From the NCBI RefSeq assembly GCF_009914755.1, contig NC_060926.1: a DNA stretch of 64,000 nt; one strand, 5' to 3'. The notes under the pieces were generated by a model. That model was not told the origin of the DNA and ran no database searches. It was given only the letters and a program-made list of their open reading frames with translations. The position numbers and the translations under genes are program-made. This DNA is from the human T2T-CHM13v2.0 reference genome, Homo sapiens. This document shows, one piece after another, positions 1 through 12,749 of this stretch. Every line of letters begins with the position of its first letter. Within the stretch, counting starts at the first letter, position 1.

Positions 1-228
1 AGCTCACTGTAGCCTCGACCTTCCGGGATCAAGCAATCCCACTTCAGCCTCTTGAATAGCTGGGACTAGAAGCATGCACCACCATGCCCATCTAATATTT
101 GTATTTTTAGTAGAGACAGGATCTCCCTATGTTGTCCAGCCTAGTCTCAAACTCCTGGGTTCAAGCAATCCTCCCACCTCGGCCTCCCAAAGTGCTGGGA
201 TTGCAGGCATGAGCCACCGTGCCCAGCC
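1..228 (-). mobile_element. Alu (AluJ-like), cut by window start
   Basis: Ends ...CCTCCCAAAGTGCTGGGATTGCAGGCATGAGCCACCGTGCCCAGCC, the reverse complement of the Alu 5' end. Confidence 0.95.
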
Positions 229-1320
229 TCAAAAATATTTTTTAAAAGAAAAGAGAAAATAATTCTTCTGTCAAAGGAGGTTAAATTTTAGTTGATAGAG
301 TACTTAAATGCATTACTTTATTAGGTTATGTAAGTGGTCAGTGCATTCCAGTATGTGTCACAACAGTGTAGTTCATATTCATGATAAAAATGAAACTGTG
401 ATAAGACATGAAAATTATATTATTAAAATGTTCAATTGTAATGGTAATCATGAGTATACTTAATTTTATTTATGTATAGAATATTTGTATTTATTTTTTG
501 GACATATATTTATCACTTTGTCATTTTTTTTAACCAATTTGAGAAATGTTAGCTGCTGAATTAATTTGTTGCCCGAGCCTTCATATTTTCTTCTTTGCTG
601 CCTTCTCCCTGTGGCAATGTACTGTTCTCACATTAAGCCTTTTAAAAATGTTCCATACTGTATTAGCATCCTTAGAAGGGACAGAACTAAGAAATACATT
701 GCTCAAATAATATTTTACTTTATTGATAATGACAAAAAGAATATTTTTTAAACCCCATCAAAATAGATTTCAATTGACTGTTTCCCCTACATCTTTTGAG
801 CCACAGTCGCCCATCGAATAAGCAAATTTGTTTTTGAGAATAAACTGGTAACCAGTTTGTGATGACTCTCAGAAGCCTTTTGGCTGGGTTACAGAAGAGT
901 TTCTAAGTTCCTAGAGAGCCATTTAATAATTAGTTGGTGAGCCAGAGGCTTGACAGAGCTGTTACTTATGTGTGAGGGCTTTATTCTCAGGCAGTAGTTT
1001 ATTCATCATTTGGTAAGCCCCTCCCCACACTCCTCTAATTTAAACAAGTAGTGAAGGCTTATCTTAAACTGTGTAGTACCTTAGACTTGGCATTTATTTT
1101 TGATAGAGCAGAGATAAAATATTTTGATGGAAGGAAATCAATTTTCTGTAACTGATGATGTGAAAATTTTATTTTCTGGGAAATTATATAGCCATTCAAA
1201 AATTCAAAGTATGTTATTATGATTGGTTACAAGAGAATAATGTTACATGTTTAATTGTAATATTTGTCTCCTATCATTTTCTTCCCTTTCAGTCATAATA
1301 AATGATTTACAAAACCCATT
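1..1320 (+). other. PLEKHH2: Probable distal 3' UTR of the upstream gene PLEKHH2, ending near poly(A) signal AATAAA at 1297-1302
   Basis: AU-rich non-coding sequence with AATAAA. Identity is inferred from known synteny (PLEKHH2 lies just upstream of DYNC2LI1 on the same strand); no PLEKHH2 coding sequence is in the window. Confidence 0.55.
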
Positions 1321-2166
1321 TTGAGCATTATCTTTTGAATAATCTTCAAGAAATACCTAATGTTTTCATTGTCAAAGCTGAGGTGTAGTACCAGTGAAAA
1401 TGGTAGTTATTACCTCCTTCTCTTGCATTCATGCTTTGTCTTCAGTGTTGCTTTGTTTTATCCATATAAAAGGGAGCTGTTTTGGAGAATTGTAATTTTA
1501 ATCCATATGTGTGCATATTGACACACAATATGTAAATAGGTAAATAGATAGAAATATTGGTTCTCCCATGATTTCATATTTCATATAGGTGAGTTGAATG
1601 GATTGTGTTCCAAAAATTTGTCTTAAATGTTCTGGATTGTGTGTGTGTGCCCTTAAAATCAAATACTATCACAGCTTAGAAATGACTTTAACTCTCAATT
1701 TACAAGAGAAGTTAGTCACAACTTATAAAGACTCTTTGTTTAAAAATGTGTTTAGTAGTTTGTTGTTTGGATTTTTTTTTCATTAAAAAGAAATACATGT
1801 GCTTACATCTACCTGCCAATTAAAAAAAATACACAGTGATCAAGTTCCTAGAACAATACATTTAACCTTTAATTGTGCGTGAAGCATGATCCTGAAGAAG
1901 TAACCACCATGGATAACCATATTTCTCTAGAAAAAGGCTTTACCTGTTGGTGGGATGCCAAGAACATATTTCCCCCACCCACTCATCCCCCCTGCAGCTG
2001 ATTTCTAGGGAGGGACAGCTCCAGTAATTTGAAAATTGAGGAAGAGAAGTGACAAGCAAGAAGAAGTGGACACAGCAGTTTCCCTGCTGCCCACCTGATT
2101 TATGCAGAAATGACATCTCCTCTCACATTTCCCCCCATTCTCTTTTCCCTAAAAGAAGAAAGGGAT

Positions 2167-2470
2167 GGCTGGGCATGGTGGCTCACGCCTGTAATTCCAG
2201 CATTTTGGGAGGCCGAGGCGAGTGGATCATGAGGTCAGGAGTTCAAGACCAACCTGGCCAAGATGGTGAAACCCCGTCTCTACTAGAAATACAAAAATTA
2301 GCCGAGTGTGATGGTGGGCGCCTGTAATCCCAGCTACTTGGGAGGCCGAGGCAGAGAAGTGCTTGAACCCGGGATGCAGAGGATGCAGACAGCTGAGATC
2401 ACGCCACTGCACTCCAGCCTGGGTGACAGAGTGAGACTCTGTCTCAAAAAAAAAAAAAGAAGAAGAAGAA
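2167..2470 (+). mobile_element. Full-length Alu (AluS-like)
   Basis: GGCTGGGCATGGTGGCTCACGCC start, central A-linker, poly(A) tail. Confidence 0.95.
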
Positions 2471-2768
2471 AGGGATTTAACTGCAACAAAAAGAACTTTT
2501 TCTCCTTTAAATTCCAAATTAAGATAAGTCCGCATGTAGATGTTCAGGGTGAAGCAAGATTTATCTATATTTCAGTGGGACCAACATACAGGCTTTTCTT
2601 GGGTGTTTTTTTTTTCTTCAATATCTTTATGACACTCAATTATTGGGGATTTAAGTGGGAAGATCAGTCCTACAAAGAAGAGTTGGTGGGTCTGGGCAGA
2701 GGCTGTGGGGAGGAGACAAGGTAAGCATTTACTTTATATTGTGATTTTATTTGTTGGATTTAATTTGA

Positions 2769-3755
<987 letters not shown>

Positions 3756-4400
3756 TAATAAACAGAGTGGGGGTGGGAGGGGAAGGGCCGCTCTTTCTGA
3801 ACGTGCTGCTAGGTTATACTGTGGTTTTATGAAAATCAAACAACTCTTCTTTAGCAGTGGCAGTGGCAAAAGAAGGCTAATTCCCTCTCTCACTATGTGG
3901 CTCTAATGAATTCCCAGGAGCTCCTAGGAACTGAATATTGGGTGATACCAGAGGAAATGGCTTAGATGTTATTAACTTCTTGAGTTTCTGGAAAATGCTA
4001 TCAAACCCAATAAGAGTTGCCTTTTATGAGAGAAAAGTTTACAGAAAGTGTAACCTTAGGAAAGCTTGTGGAGAGTTCTTGGGTTTTGGATCATGTACAG
4101 ATTATAAGATGTTCCACTCAGGGATAGGGTATCATCAACACTGCTTTCATGTACTGACTATTCTATCGAAACATCTTCACATGAGGTTATCACTGACCAC
4201 TTAACTGCCAAGTCCAGCAGACCCCAAATGGTCCAACTGTCTGCTGGACGATATCTCAAACTCACCATGTCCTCTAAACCTGCTTCTCCTGCTCTGTGCC
4301 CCTTAAAATTGGTTAAGAGGATCACCAGTTCATCCATCAAGAAGGAAACATTGACTTTTCTCCCTTTTACCAACGTCTTACTTTCTACTGTCTAGTAATT

Positions 4401-4780
4401 GTATTAGATAGAACTCTTTTTGCTGTAAATTCCAAAATTCAACTTGAACTAGCTTAGACAAAAATGAGAAATTGTATTACAAGGATATTAGGATGTCTCA
4501 TATAATCAAAGAGCAAGCTGAACAACCAAGCCATAAGAAAGGTGAGGACACAGGCAAGCCTTAGGGACAATTAGAACCATGAGACATATGCCAGCACTTT
4601 CCCTTCATATTGATGTGTGTCTGATGTGTGCTCACTAACTACAAAATAATTCATTTAGCATAAAATATGCTAATTTCCTCTAGAGGTAGAGTGACTTACT
4701 TTTCCCAATTCTAGTTTGAAAAATTTCAGGGAAGGACTGTGATTAACCCAGCTCATGTTAGGTGTTCACTCTGAACCACC
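4401..4780. mobile_element. Old MaLR LTR (MLT1-like) fragment
   Basis: TGTATTAGATAGAACTCTTTTTGCTG...AACTTGAACTAGCTTAGACAAAAATGAGAAATT resembles an MLT1J/K terminus. Confidence 0.45.
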
Positions 4781-5504
4781 CCAAATGTACTCAACATTAG
4801 GAGAATGCTTAAGTACATTACGAAAAATCTATGCAGTGAAATATTCTGCAACCATCAAAGTTATGTTTATGATGCAGTTTTAAAATTTGATATGGTGCAT
4901 TTTTAAAATTTGATATGGGGAAATACATGTTAAAATCAGGACATTAATTAACTTTACAATTAATCTCAACTTTGTAAGAAAAAAGATTAGAATGAAACAT
5001 ATCAAATGTATTTCCAAAATACCTAATAGTTACTACTTCTGGCTTATGCTTATTTTACCCTCTTAATTTTCTGTGCATACGTTTTTTCCCCTACAATTAG
5101 CTTATATAACTTTGAAAACAAGGGAAAAAATTTTAAAACTCTGCCTGTCACTTTCCTAGCTATTGTTAATAGCCTCCGCATGGTCTTCTAGATGCCAAAC
5201 CACCCTTCACACAACTGCAAAAAATTATCTCACTGAAATTCATGTCTAATCATGGCACACTCCTATTTTTAAACCCTATTTGGTTTCTCATAACCAACAC
5301 AGTAAAGTCTAGACTACAGCATCCTTCACAGTAGCCCCATCTACCTGCCCAGTTTGCTCTTCCACTGTAGCTCCACCAGGCACTTTATATGATCGCAACC
5401 CAAACTATTCAGTTTCCCAAATACATCCTGCACACGCCTTTACCCTTCTGCACTGTTGCTCATTCCATCCAGAAAGCAGCATAAAATTGTCTCCTTCTCC
5501 TTCC

Positions 5505-5681
5505 ATTCTTACCTTAAGAACAATCTTCATCTACCCAGGAAAGTCACTTTCTTTGCCCAAGTATGAAGGCCTCAAGAGGAATGAGGGAAGAAAGGGGAAC
5601 TCACCTGCTCAGTCAGATCAACTGAATCAACCCTGAATCAATGCTGCTGATCAGGGCCCAGCCGGATCACCTTCACTTTCC
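5505..5681 (-). pseudogene. 7SK snRNA retropseudogene, 5' half only (probably RN7SKP66; number from memory)
   Basis: Reverse complement GGAAAGTGAAGGTGATCCGGCTG...CATTGATTCAGGGTTGATTCAGTTGATCTGACTGAGCAGGTGAGTTCCCCTTTCTTCCCTCA aligns with 7SK GGATGTGAGGGCGATCTGGCTG...CATTGATCGCCAGGGTTGATTCGGCTGATCTGGCTGGCTAGGCGGGTGTCCCCTTCCTCCCTCA; similarity continues through the GAAGAGGACGACC...GTCTTCGGTCAAG region. Confidence 0.88.
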
Positions 5682-6204
5682 TGGTTACCAAGCTCCCTCC
5701 TTCAAACACCTCTCCCCGTTATTCAAACAAGTGTACTTTTGAAGTACTCGTACTGAGTATTGTGCCCAGTACATAGCAAGCACTTGGCAAAAATGTTAGC
5801 TGTCGTTATTGCTATCAATATCAACAGGCCTTCCTAACTAGCATGCAAAAGTATTCTGAAGTTCTAGAACCCAAATCATTACAATTCATTACAATCTGTC
5901 CCATATCAGTTTGTGAGCTTAAAGTCTGGCTTAGCACCAGGCTATAGCTGTTGATTCAATGACAGATGTATAAGCCTCCTTTGAAAAATCATCCTTTCTT
6001 CGGTGAGCTCTACTCCCATTAATTCCCTTCCTATGTGCAGCTTAGTGTTCTTTACGTCTCCAAAATATACCTAGGTGTTGGGAGGATTTTGTTCCCAATG
6101 ACTTTATTTGAAATAAACACCCTTTTATCAACCATCAGCCTTGTTTCCAGGAATGTGTTCCTTGTGTTTCTTTGTTCGAAGTTGCTGACCAGCAGCTTAT
6201 CACA

Positions 6205-6430
6205 CAATAATAACAAGCATTAAGCAGTTATAATGTGTCAGACACCCACGTAAGTTATGTTTTACCTACATTTATCTCATTTAAGATTCACAATCTTTCC
6301 CGCTTTACAGGATCAGAAATTCAGTGATTTACCCGATGTGGCAATGTGACAACTTAGCCAGCGTGGCCAAGTCAGAACTTGAACCTAGGTCCATCTCACG
6401 CCAAAGCCCATGTCCTTGAACATCGCACCA
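6205..6430 (-). mobile_element. MIR SINE
   Basis: Core-like ATTTATCTCATTTAAGATTCACAA and AGAACTTGAACCTAGGTC...CCAAAGCCCATGT. Confidence 0.65.
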
Positions 6431-7301
6431 TAGAAATCAAGCCGAATAGTAGAGGACTGGAGGGAGGGTATCTCCTTCAAATATTCAGGGCATCTTAGGC
6501 TAGAAAGCCTGAGTCTACTCAGCATTCAATACAGACCAAATACTATCAGTGCCATGGTTTCACCATCTCCTTCAGGCATAATTGGTCACTTGCCCTCATG
6601 CAATTTTTGTACCTCTATACAATAGTTTAGATCACTCACTTCCTTAGGTGCTTATAATTAGCTGAGTGTGTGTCTTTCTTAAGGGCAGCGATCTTTTCTT
6701 ACTCATCTCTTTATTCCTTATTCTGTGTAGCATAGGGCCTTGCATATTCAATGATTGTTATTTATTTCAATGCTCGTTATTTATTTGGACACTCCTGCAG
6801 ATCTATAAAGAGACCACAAAGTTCCAAAAGAAAATAATCTACATTCACAAAGTAAATGAAGTATGTAGGAGATGCACTTGCTTCATTAATTTATTAATAA
6901 ATACACAATGTGCTATTGAATAAAACTTGAAACAACTAAACATCTAGAAAGTTGGAAAATATTAAAATTACGTGCCTTATTTTAAATTTTAAAGTCCGAA
7001 TATTCCTTGCTTCTAGTAAATTAGCAGAAAACAGCTCAAGAGATTGTTACACCCTCTATTCCTAAATCATGGCGATTGGGAAGAAAAAAGTGAAAGATGA
7101 GAGAGAGAGAGAGCAGAGACCCTTGGCATATAGTTGACACCCAGTAAAAAAATTTTAAAATAAAAGAAAATTGCTTTTAGATCCCAGGTTTGTAACCCCT
7201 TATCATCTCGTTCTAGGAGGTAACAAGGAGTTACTAACTTGGGATCTAAAAGCAATCCTAAGGCTTGAGGCCGAGAATGAGATGTAAAAGGACTCCTGAA
7301 A

Positions 7302-7320
7302 ACTACATTTCCCATGATGC
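7302..7320 (+). promoter_or_regulatory. ZNF143/THAP11 (SBS) promoter motif
   Basis: ACTACATTTCCCATGATGC matches the ACTACAnnTCCCAnnATGC consensus, about 150 bp upstream of the DYNC2LI1 ATG. Confidence 0.8.
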
Positions 7321-7322
7321 CC

Positions 7323-7366
7323 GTCTCCCCACGCAACCGCGGCCGCGACGTCGCTCCCATGGCAAC
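7323..7366 (+). promoter_or_regulatory. Two RFX X-box motifs in the DYNC2LI1 promoter
   Basis: GTCTCCCCACGCAAC (7323-7337) and GCTCCCATGGCAAC (7353-7366) versus consensus GTTGCCATGGCAAC. DYNC2LI1 (C. elegans xbx-1) is an established RFX/DAF-19 target. Confidence 0.78.
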
Positions 7367-7468
7367 CCAGAAGGCCTCACTCCCAGACTCCTTGCGGAGC
7401 TCGCCGCCTGATTCTAGGCTGGTCACTACTCCGAGCCTGTGACGTTTGCGGCAGCCAGGCCGTCGACG

Positions 7469-7476
7469 ATGCCCAG
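7469..7476 (+). CDS. DYNC2LI1: DYNC2LI1 coding exon 1 (M-P-S, split codon)
   Basis: gacgATG CCC AG|gtattc; joins exon 2 to give [11 protein letters not shown]. Confidence 0.93.
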
Positions 7477-8835
7477 GTATTCCCTGAACCCGGCTTGCGT
7501 GGGAAAGGCTACTGAGAGTATTCCTGGAGAGAGGAAGCCCAGGCGGGACCAGCTGTTGGAAGATTGTGGGGGTGGCTACTTGCCACCAGGATATGCAGGG
7601 TCGGGGACCTAGGAATCAGCCTTGAGCATAAAGATTCTGCCGCAAACAGGAAAGAAAAGAAAGTTCCCTAGGTAGAAAAGTGAGAGATTTGGAAAGATCA
7701 GCAACTCCACCCATTCAATGATTGAATAAAAGTTTCTTGCAGGCCAGAGACTACTTCCGGAGCAGGACATTCGGCGATGAGCTAGACCACAAAGCCTCCT
7801 CTCCCCAGGGGCCTCCCCTCCTGGTGCGGGGGTTCGCAGTAATAAGCGAGGGGAAACTTGGAAGGCACTGTGGAAAGTATAACATCACTTTTAAGGGGGG
7901 AAACGGGAGAGGGTTTGTAAACTATATTCTAGCTGTTCAATTCTATGATATTCATTTTAATTACCTGTTCACAAGATATTCCTAAACCTTTTCTCAACAA
8001 TTTATGCTTAAGCACGTCGGGGAGAGGGGTCAGGGAGTGCATCACAGAGCAGGATAAATCTTTTTCTCTCCTTGGGATAGTGTGGAGAATTGTCAGCTTT
8101 CCATCAAGGGATAATTGGTTAGTTATAAAGCTATGGTTATACTTCCCGATTTCCGCAGGTGTCGTGGCTGACTGCAGCACCTCCGTCTTTCCTCTCTGCT
8201 AGGTATTTGGAAAGCAGATCCTCATATTTTGAAAGAATGTTGTGTAAATGAAGAGCAAACAGCCCGAAACTGAGTTCTGAAGGCTCACCTGTGAAATAAA
8301 TGCATGAATTTTAGTGCAAACATTTAAGGACTCCTGTTTTGACCCTTTTTCTTATTCCTGGTTCTTGAATAGTATAATTACAAGCCCTCAATAATTTTTG
8401 TAATTGTATAGGCCATGCCCTAAACTACATATATATTTTAACAATTATGACAATCCTATAAAGCTGATACTCTTTTTTATTGGCTTTTTAGAGATAGAGA
8501 AACAATTGAGCCTGGGGAATAGCACAGAGGATTGCATATATTAGGTGCTCAATAAATATTTGTTTAATTAATAAAGGAATGAAGGATTTAAAGAGGTTAG
8601 GTAGTTTTCCCAAGTTCACATACATAGGAAGTAGCAGAATCAGGCTAGGACCTATCAGGTCTTGCCCATGGTTAGTTTTTAGTTTAATATTCCATTTTCA
8701 CTTAGGCTTTAATTAATATATATATGATTTTATCGTGTAAAGTTATATATCTGTGTAAAGAAATCAATGAAAGGATTGTTTTCAAAATGTTTGTGGTTTT
8801 AGGGTTTTTTTTTCTTTCTTTCTTTATGGTTTTTT

Positions 8836-9181
8836 TTTGGCGGGGGGAGACAAGGTCTTGCTGTGTCACCCAGGCTGGAGTGCAGTGATGTCAACATGCT
8901 TACTGCAGCCTCGACCTCCAGGGCTCAGGCAATCCTCCTGCCTCAGCCTCCCTAGTAGCTGGGACCACGAGTGCATGTCACCACACCCAGCTAATTTCTT
9001 TTCTTTTTCTTTTTTTATTTTCTTTTTTTTTTTTTTAGACAGAGTCTCGCTCTGTTGCCCAGGCTGGAGTGCAGTGGCACGATCTTGGCTCAATACAACA
9101 TCCACCTCCTGAGTTCAGGTGATTCTCATGCCTCAGCCTCCTGAGTAGCTGGAGTTACAGACACCCGCCACCACACCTGGC

Positions 9182-9218
<37 letters not shown>

Positions 9219-9620
9219 TAGAGATGGGGTTTTACCATGTTGGCCAGGCTGGTCTTGAACTCCTGACCTCAAGTGATCCACCCACCTTGGCCTCCTAAAG
9301 TGCTGGGATTACAGGTGTGAACCACCACTCCCAGCCTCAGCCAATTTTTTTTGTTTGTTTTCTTTTCTTCTTCTTCTTTTTTTATACTTTAAGTTCTAGG
9401 ATACATGTGCACAACGTGCAGGTTTGTTACATATGTATACATGTGCCATGTTGGTTTGCTGCACCCATTAATTCATCATTTACATTAGGTATTTCTCCTA
9501 ATGCTATCCCTCCCCCATGCTAATTTATTAGTAGTAGTAGTAGTAGTAGCAGTAGTAGAGATGGGATCTTCCTGTATTGCCTAGGCTGATCTCAAGTGAT
9601 CCTCCTGCCTCAGCCTCCCA
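8836..9620 (-). mobile_element. AluJ-like element split at its linker by an AluS (~9001-9336) and an L1PA 3' fragment (~9361-9517)
   Basis: Right arm 8836-8997; full Alu; L1PA end TTATACTTTAAGTTCTAGGATACATGTGCACAACGTGCAGG; (TAG)n; left arm to 9620. Confidence 0.85.
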
Positions 9621-10054
9621 TATACTTTTATATTAAACAAAATTTTTTTTTACCTAAAAACATAATCTAAAACACAAAAAAGAAATGTTTCAGGGAGGAA
9701 AGATTATTTGATACACTGGTTTTGTACTTTTCCCATCTTCCTAGGTGACTTAAATGTTTGTGGTTTTCAAGTTGTACATTCCCAAAGTCATTGTACCTCC
9801 ATATGTGTCTGAGAAGCTGACATACACAGCTATGAACCGTAGGGGAAGACCCAAATGTGACAGCCTCAAATCCTGGCAATAAAGGCTCTGCTTATCAATT
9901 TCAGTATTCTTCAGAGAACTAGTTCAAAGCAACAAAAGAAAAATAAAATCATAGAATGACTAATCCTCAGATGTTTTACCAGATTATTGTTCCTCAGAAA
10001 ATAATGTTCATTTGTTTCATAAATTATACTGAAATAAAATTTCTCTGAGCTTGA

Positions 10055-10258
<204 letters not shown>

Positions 10259-11501
10259 TGATGATTTAACAACCATTGGTAAAATATCTGTTAATACTTT
10301 GATTAAAATGTAGATACTTCAACACTTTAACCAGATGACCAATCTGGTTTAGCATGAATTAAAAAGTGCTTATTATTAATCTAGGAAAAACTATAATAGT
10401 AAACAAAATTTTAGAAAAATATATTTAAACTATTTTTTATTTCATGATTTGAAAATATTCAGGTCTTCTACCACAATTGAGTGTAAAAGCTAGGATTCAT
10501 GTAAATATCTAAGTCAGTCTCTAAATCAGTAAGTCAGTATCTTAACAATTTTATATTTTAGATTGTTACTTTACTTTTAGAAATCTCATTAAAGGAATAA
10601 TTGAACTGTGTCAATGATATTTGTTACAGGGTTATTAATTATTTTGAAATATCTGGGGAAAATATGGCAGCATTTCCAGTGGACCACTGATTGGTAGGAA
10701 GGGACCCCTCCCCACTTGTTGTAAGTCTCTGTTTTACTTGGCCAAGCATACAGAAAGGCGTGGAAGTGGCCACACAGTGTAGGAACATATGCATCATATC
10801 TTCATGCAACTTTGCCTGGCCCACAAAGTTCCTGCCAGGAAGGCAAAATGACTGGTGACACAAAAAGGTCAAGGCTTGCCAGATGCAAGATGCTGAAATT
10901 CATGTAGTGCCATAGCTCATTTCTGTGTGGGGTTCAAATTCCTGTTCACTTTCTGTGCTCCATGCTTCCACTTAAGCGCATTGACAAATACGAAGCTTTC
11001 AGAAACTACACTCTGCATCAGCAGGGCTACGTGTTCACTGGGCAACGTCAGCGCCCAGGCAGCCTGAGCACCCGTCTTGTCTCCAGATGAGTCCCAGAAG
11101 GCCCTCTCTGCACAACCGGACACCCTCCATTGGGGGTTTTATATACAACATTAAGATTACATATATTGGGAGAAATACCTGTACAACCATGAAAAAGGTT
11201 TTAGTGATGTAAGAATATAATCTGAATTAAAAAAGCAGGACACAAGTGTCATACATGACATGATCCCAATTATACAAATACGTAAATAAAAAATTCTGAT
11301 AAAAATTAGAAATATGGATAGTAAAATTCTAATCACTTAATGTTTTTATTTTGTTTTTAATTTTTTTATTTTCCAGAGTTTTCATATTGGCCCACTTTTT
11401 AAAATTCAAACTTAATTCTTTAAAATAAAATTATCGTAGAGATCATTTATATTTTAAAATTTTAACCCAACTATATAAGTATATATTTTATAAGCATGTT
11501 A

Positions 11502-11785
11502 TTTCTTTTTTTGAGACAGGGTCTCGCTCTGGTTGCCCAGGCTAGAGTGCAGTGGTGCGATCTCAGCACCCTGCAGCCTTGACTTCCCTGGCTCGGGTGA
11601 TTTTACCTCAAGTAGCTGGGATTACAGGCATGCGCCACCACACCCGGCTAATTTTTTGTATTTTTAATAGAGATGGGGTTTCACTGCGTTGCCCAGGCTG
11701 ACCTCAAACTCCTGGACTCAAGCAATCCACCCATCTCAGCCTCCTAGAATGCTGGGATTACAGGCATGAGTCACCGCCCCTGGCT
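11502..11785 (-). mobile_element. Alu (AluJ-like)
   Basis: Alu consensus similarity. Confidence 0.92.
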
Positions 11786-12306
11786 ACGCATTATTTCACG
11801 AGTTTACTATTATGATGCACGTGATTTTCATATTAGGCATAGTACTTAACAGTTTCCTACATTGTATCTTACTGCCATGTAGGTACATACATGGATTTAA
11901 ATAAATGAGTAAATAACTAGTACTAGTCTTATGGTACAAATACATTTCTATTACAGAAAACATTCTGTACACAGAATATTAGATAGAATGGCTTATACTA
12001 ATGGTACTGATTACTGACTCCATCATACAAATGCTTACATACAAAATACCCCTACCAGTATCCTCTTAGCGCTCTCTGTAACAGTTATTCTTGACTCCCT
12101 TGTAGTCATGATACCCTGTTTTGTCTTGTTTTGTTTTGTTTTTTTGTTACTTGTGAAACCACCCCTTTTTCTTGATGGCAATATGTGGCATATACAAACT
12201 GTTTTTTGTTTTTAGTAATAAAAGTAATTTTGTTTCTGATGATTTGGGAACTCCCTTGATATCTAAAACTTTTGAGGGTATTATTCTTTAAAAAGTCTGT
12301 GATTCT

Positions 12307-12615
12307 GCTGAGTGCAGTAGCTCATGCTTGTAATCCCAGGACTTTGGGAGGCTGAGGCAGATGGATTGCTTGAGCCCAGGAGTTCGAGACCAACCTAGGC
12401 AACGTGGCAAAACCCAGTCTCCCCCCAAAAAAATAAAACAATTAGCCGGGTGTGGTGGCACTCACCTGTATGTAGTCCCAGCTACGTGGAAGACTGAGGT
12501 GAGAGGATCACTTGAGCCCAGAAGGTTAAGGCTGCCGTGAGCCATCGTGATTGTGCCACTACACTCTAGCCTGGGCAACAGAGGGAGACCTTGTTTCAAA
12601 AAAGAAAGAAAAAAG
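12307..12615 (+). mobile_element. Alu (AluJ-like)
   Basis: Alu consensus similarity, A tail. Confidence 0.92.
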
Positions 12616-12749
12616 TATCTGATTCTGCTTCATGGAGAACATTATTTTGGAAGATAAAGAGAAGCGATTAATGCTTCTATTGTTCAATTAATAGTAATCA
12701 CCCTTTACCAAAGAAGCCCACTGCCCTGCTGCCTTCTCTTTCTCCTTCC

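Larger units (their letters stand above)
7320..7560 (+). promoter_or_regulatory. DYNC2LI1: Small CpG-rich promoter / first exon region of DYNC2LI1
   Basis: Dense CpGs including GCGGCCGC (7339-7346) and a TGACGT half-CRE (~7440) in an otherwise AT-rich background. Confidence 0.8.

Noticed and set aside
7067-7426. 119-aa - strand ORF across the DYNC2LI1 promoter
   Set aside because: Non-ATG start; GC-rich promoter sequence depleted of stops; no coding signature
10329-10349. Small 7-8 bp stem palindromes (AACCAGAT...ATCTGGTT; others near 4656, 15675 and 48329)
   Set aside because: Expected by chance in 64 kb of AT-rich DNA
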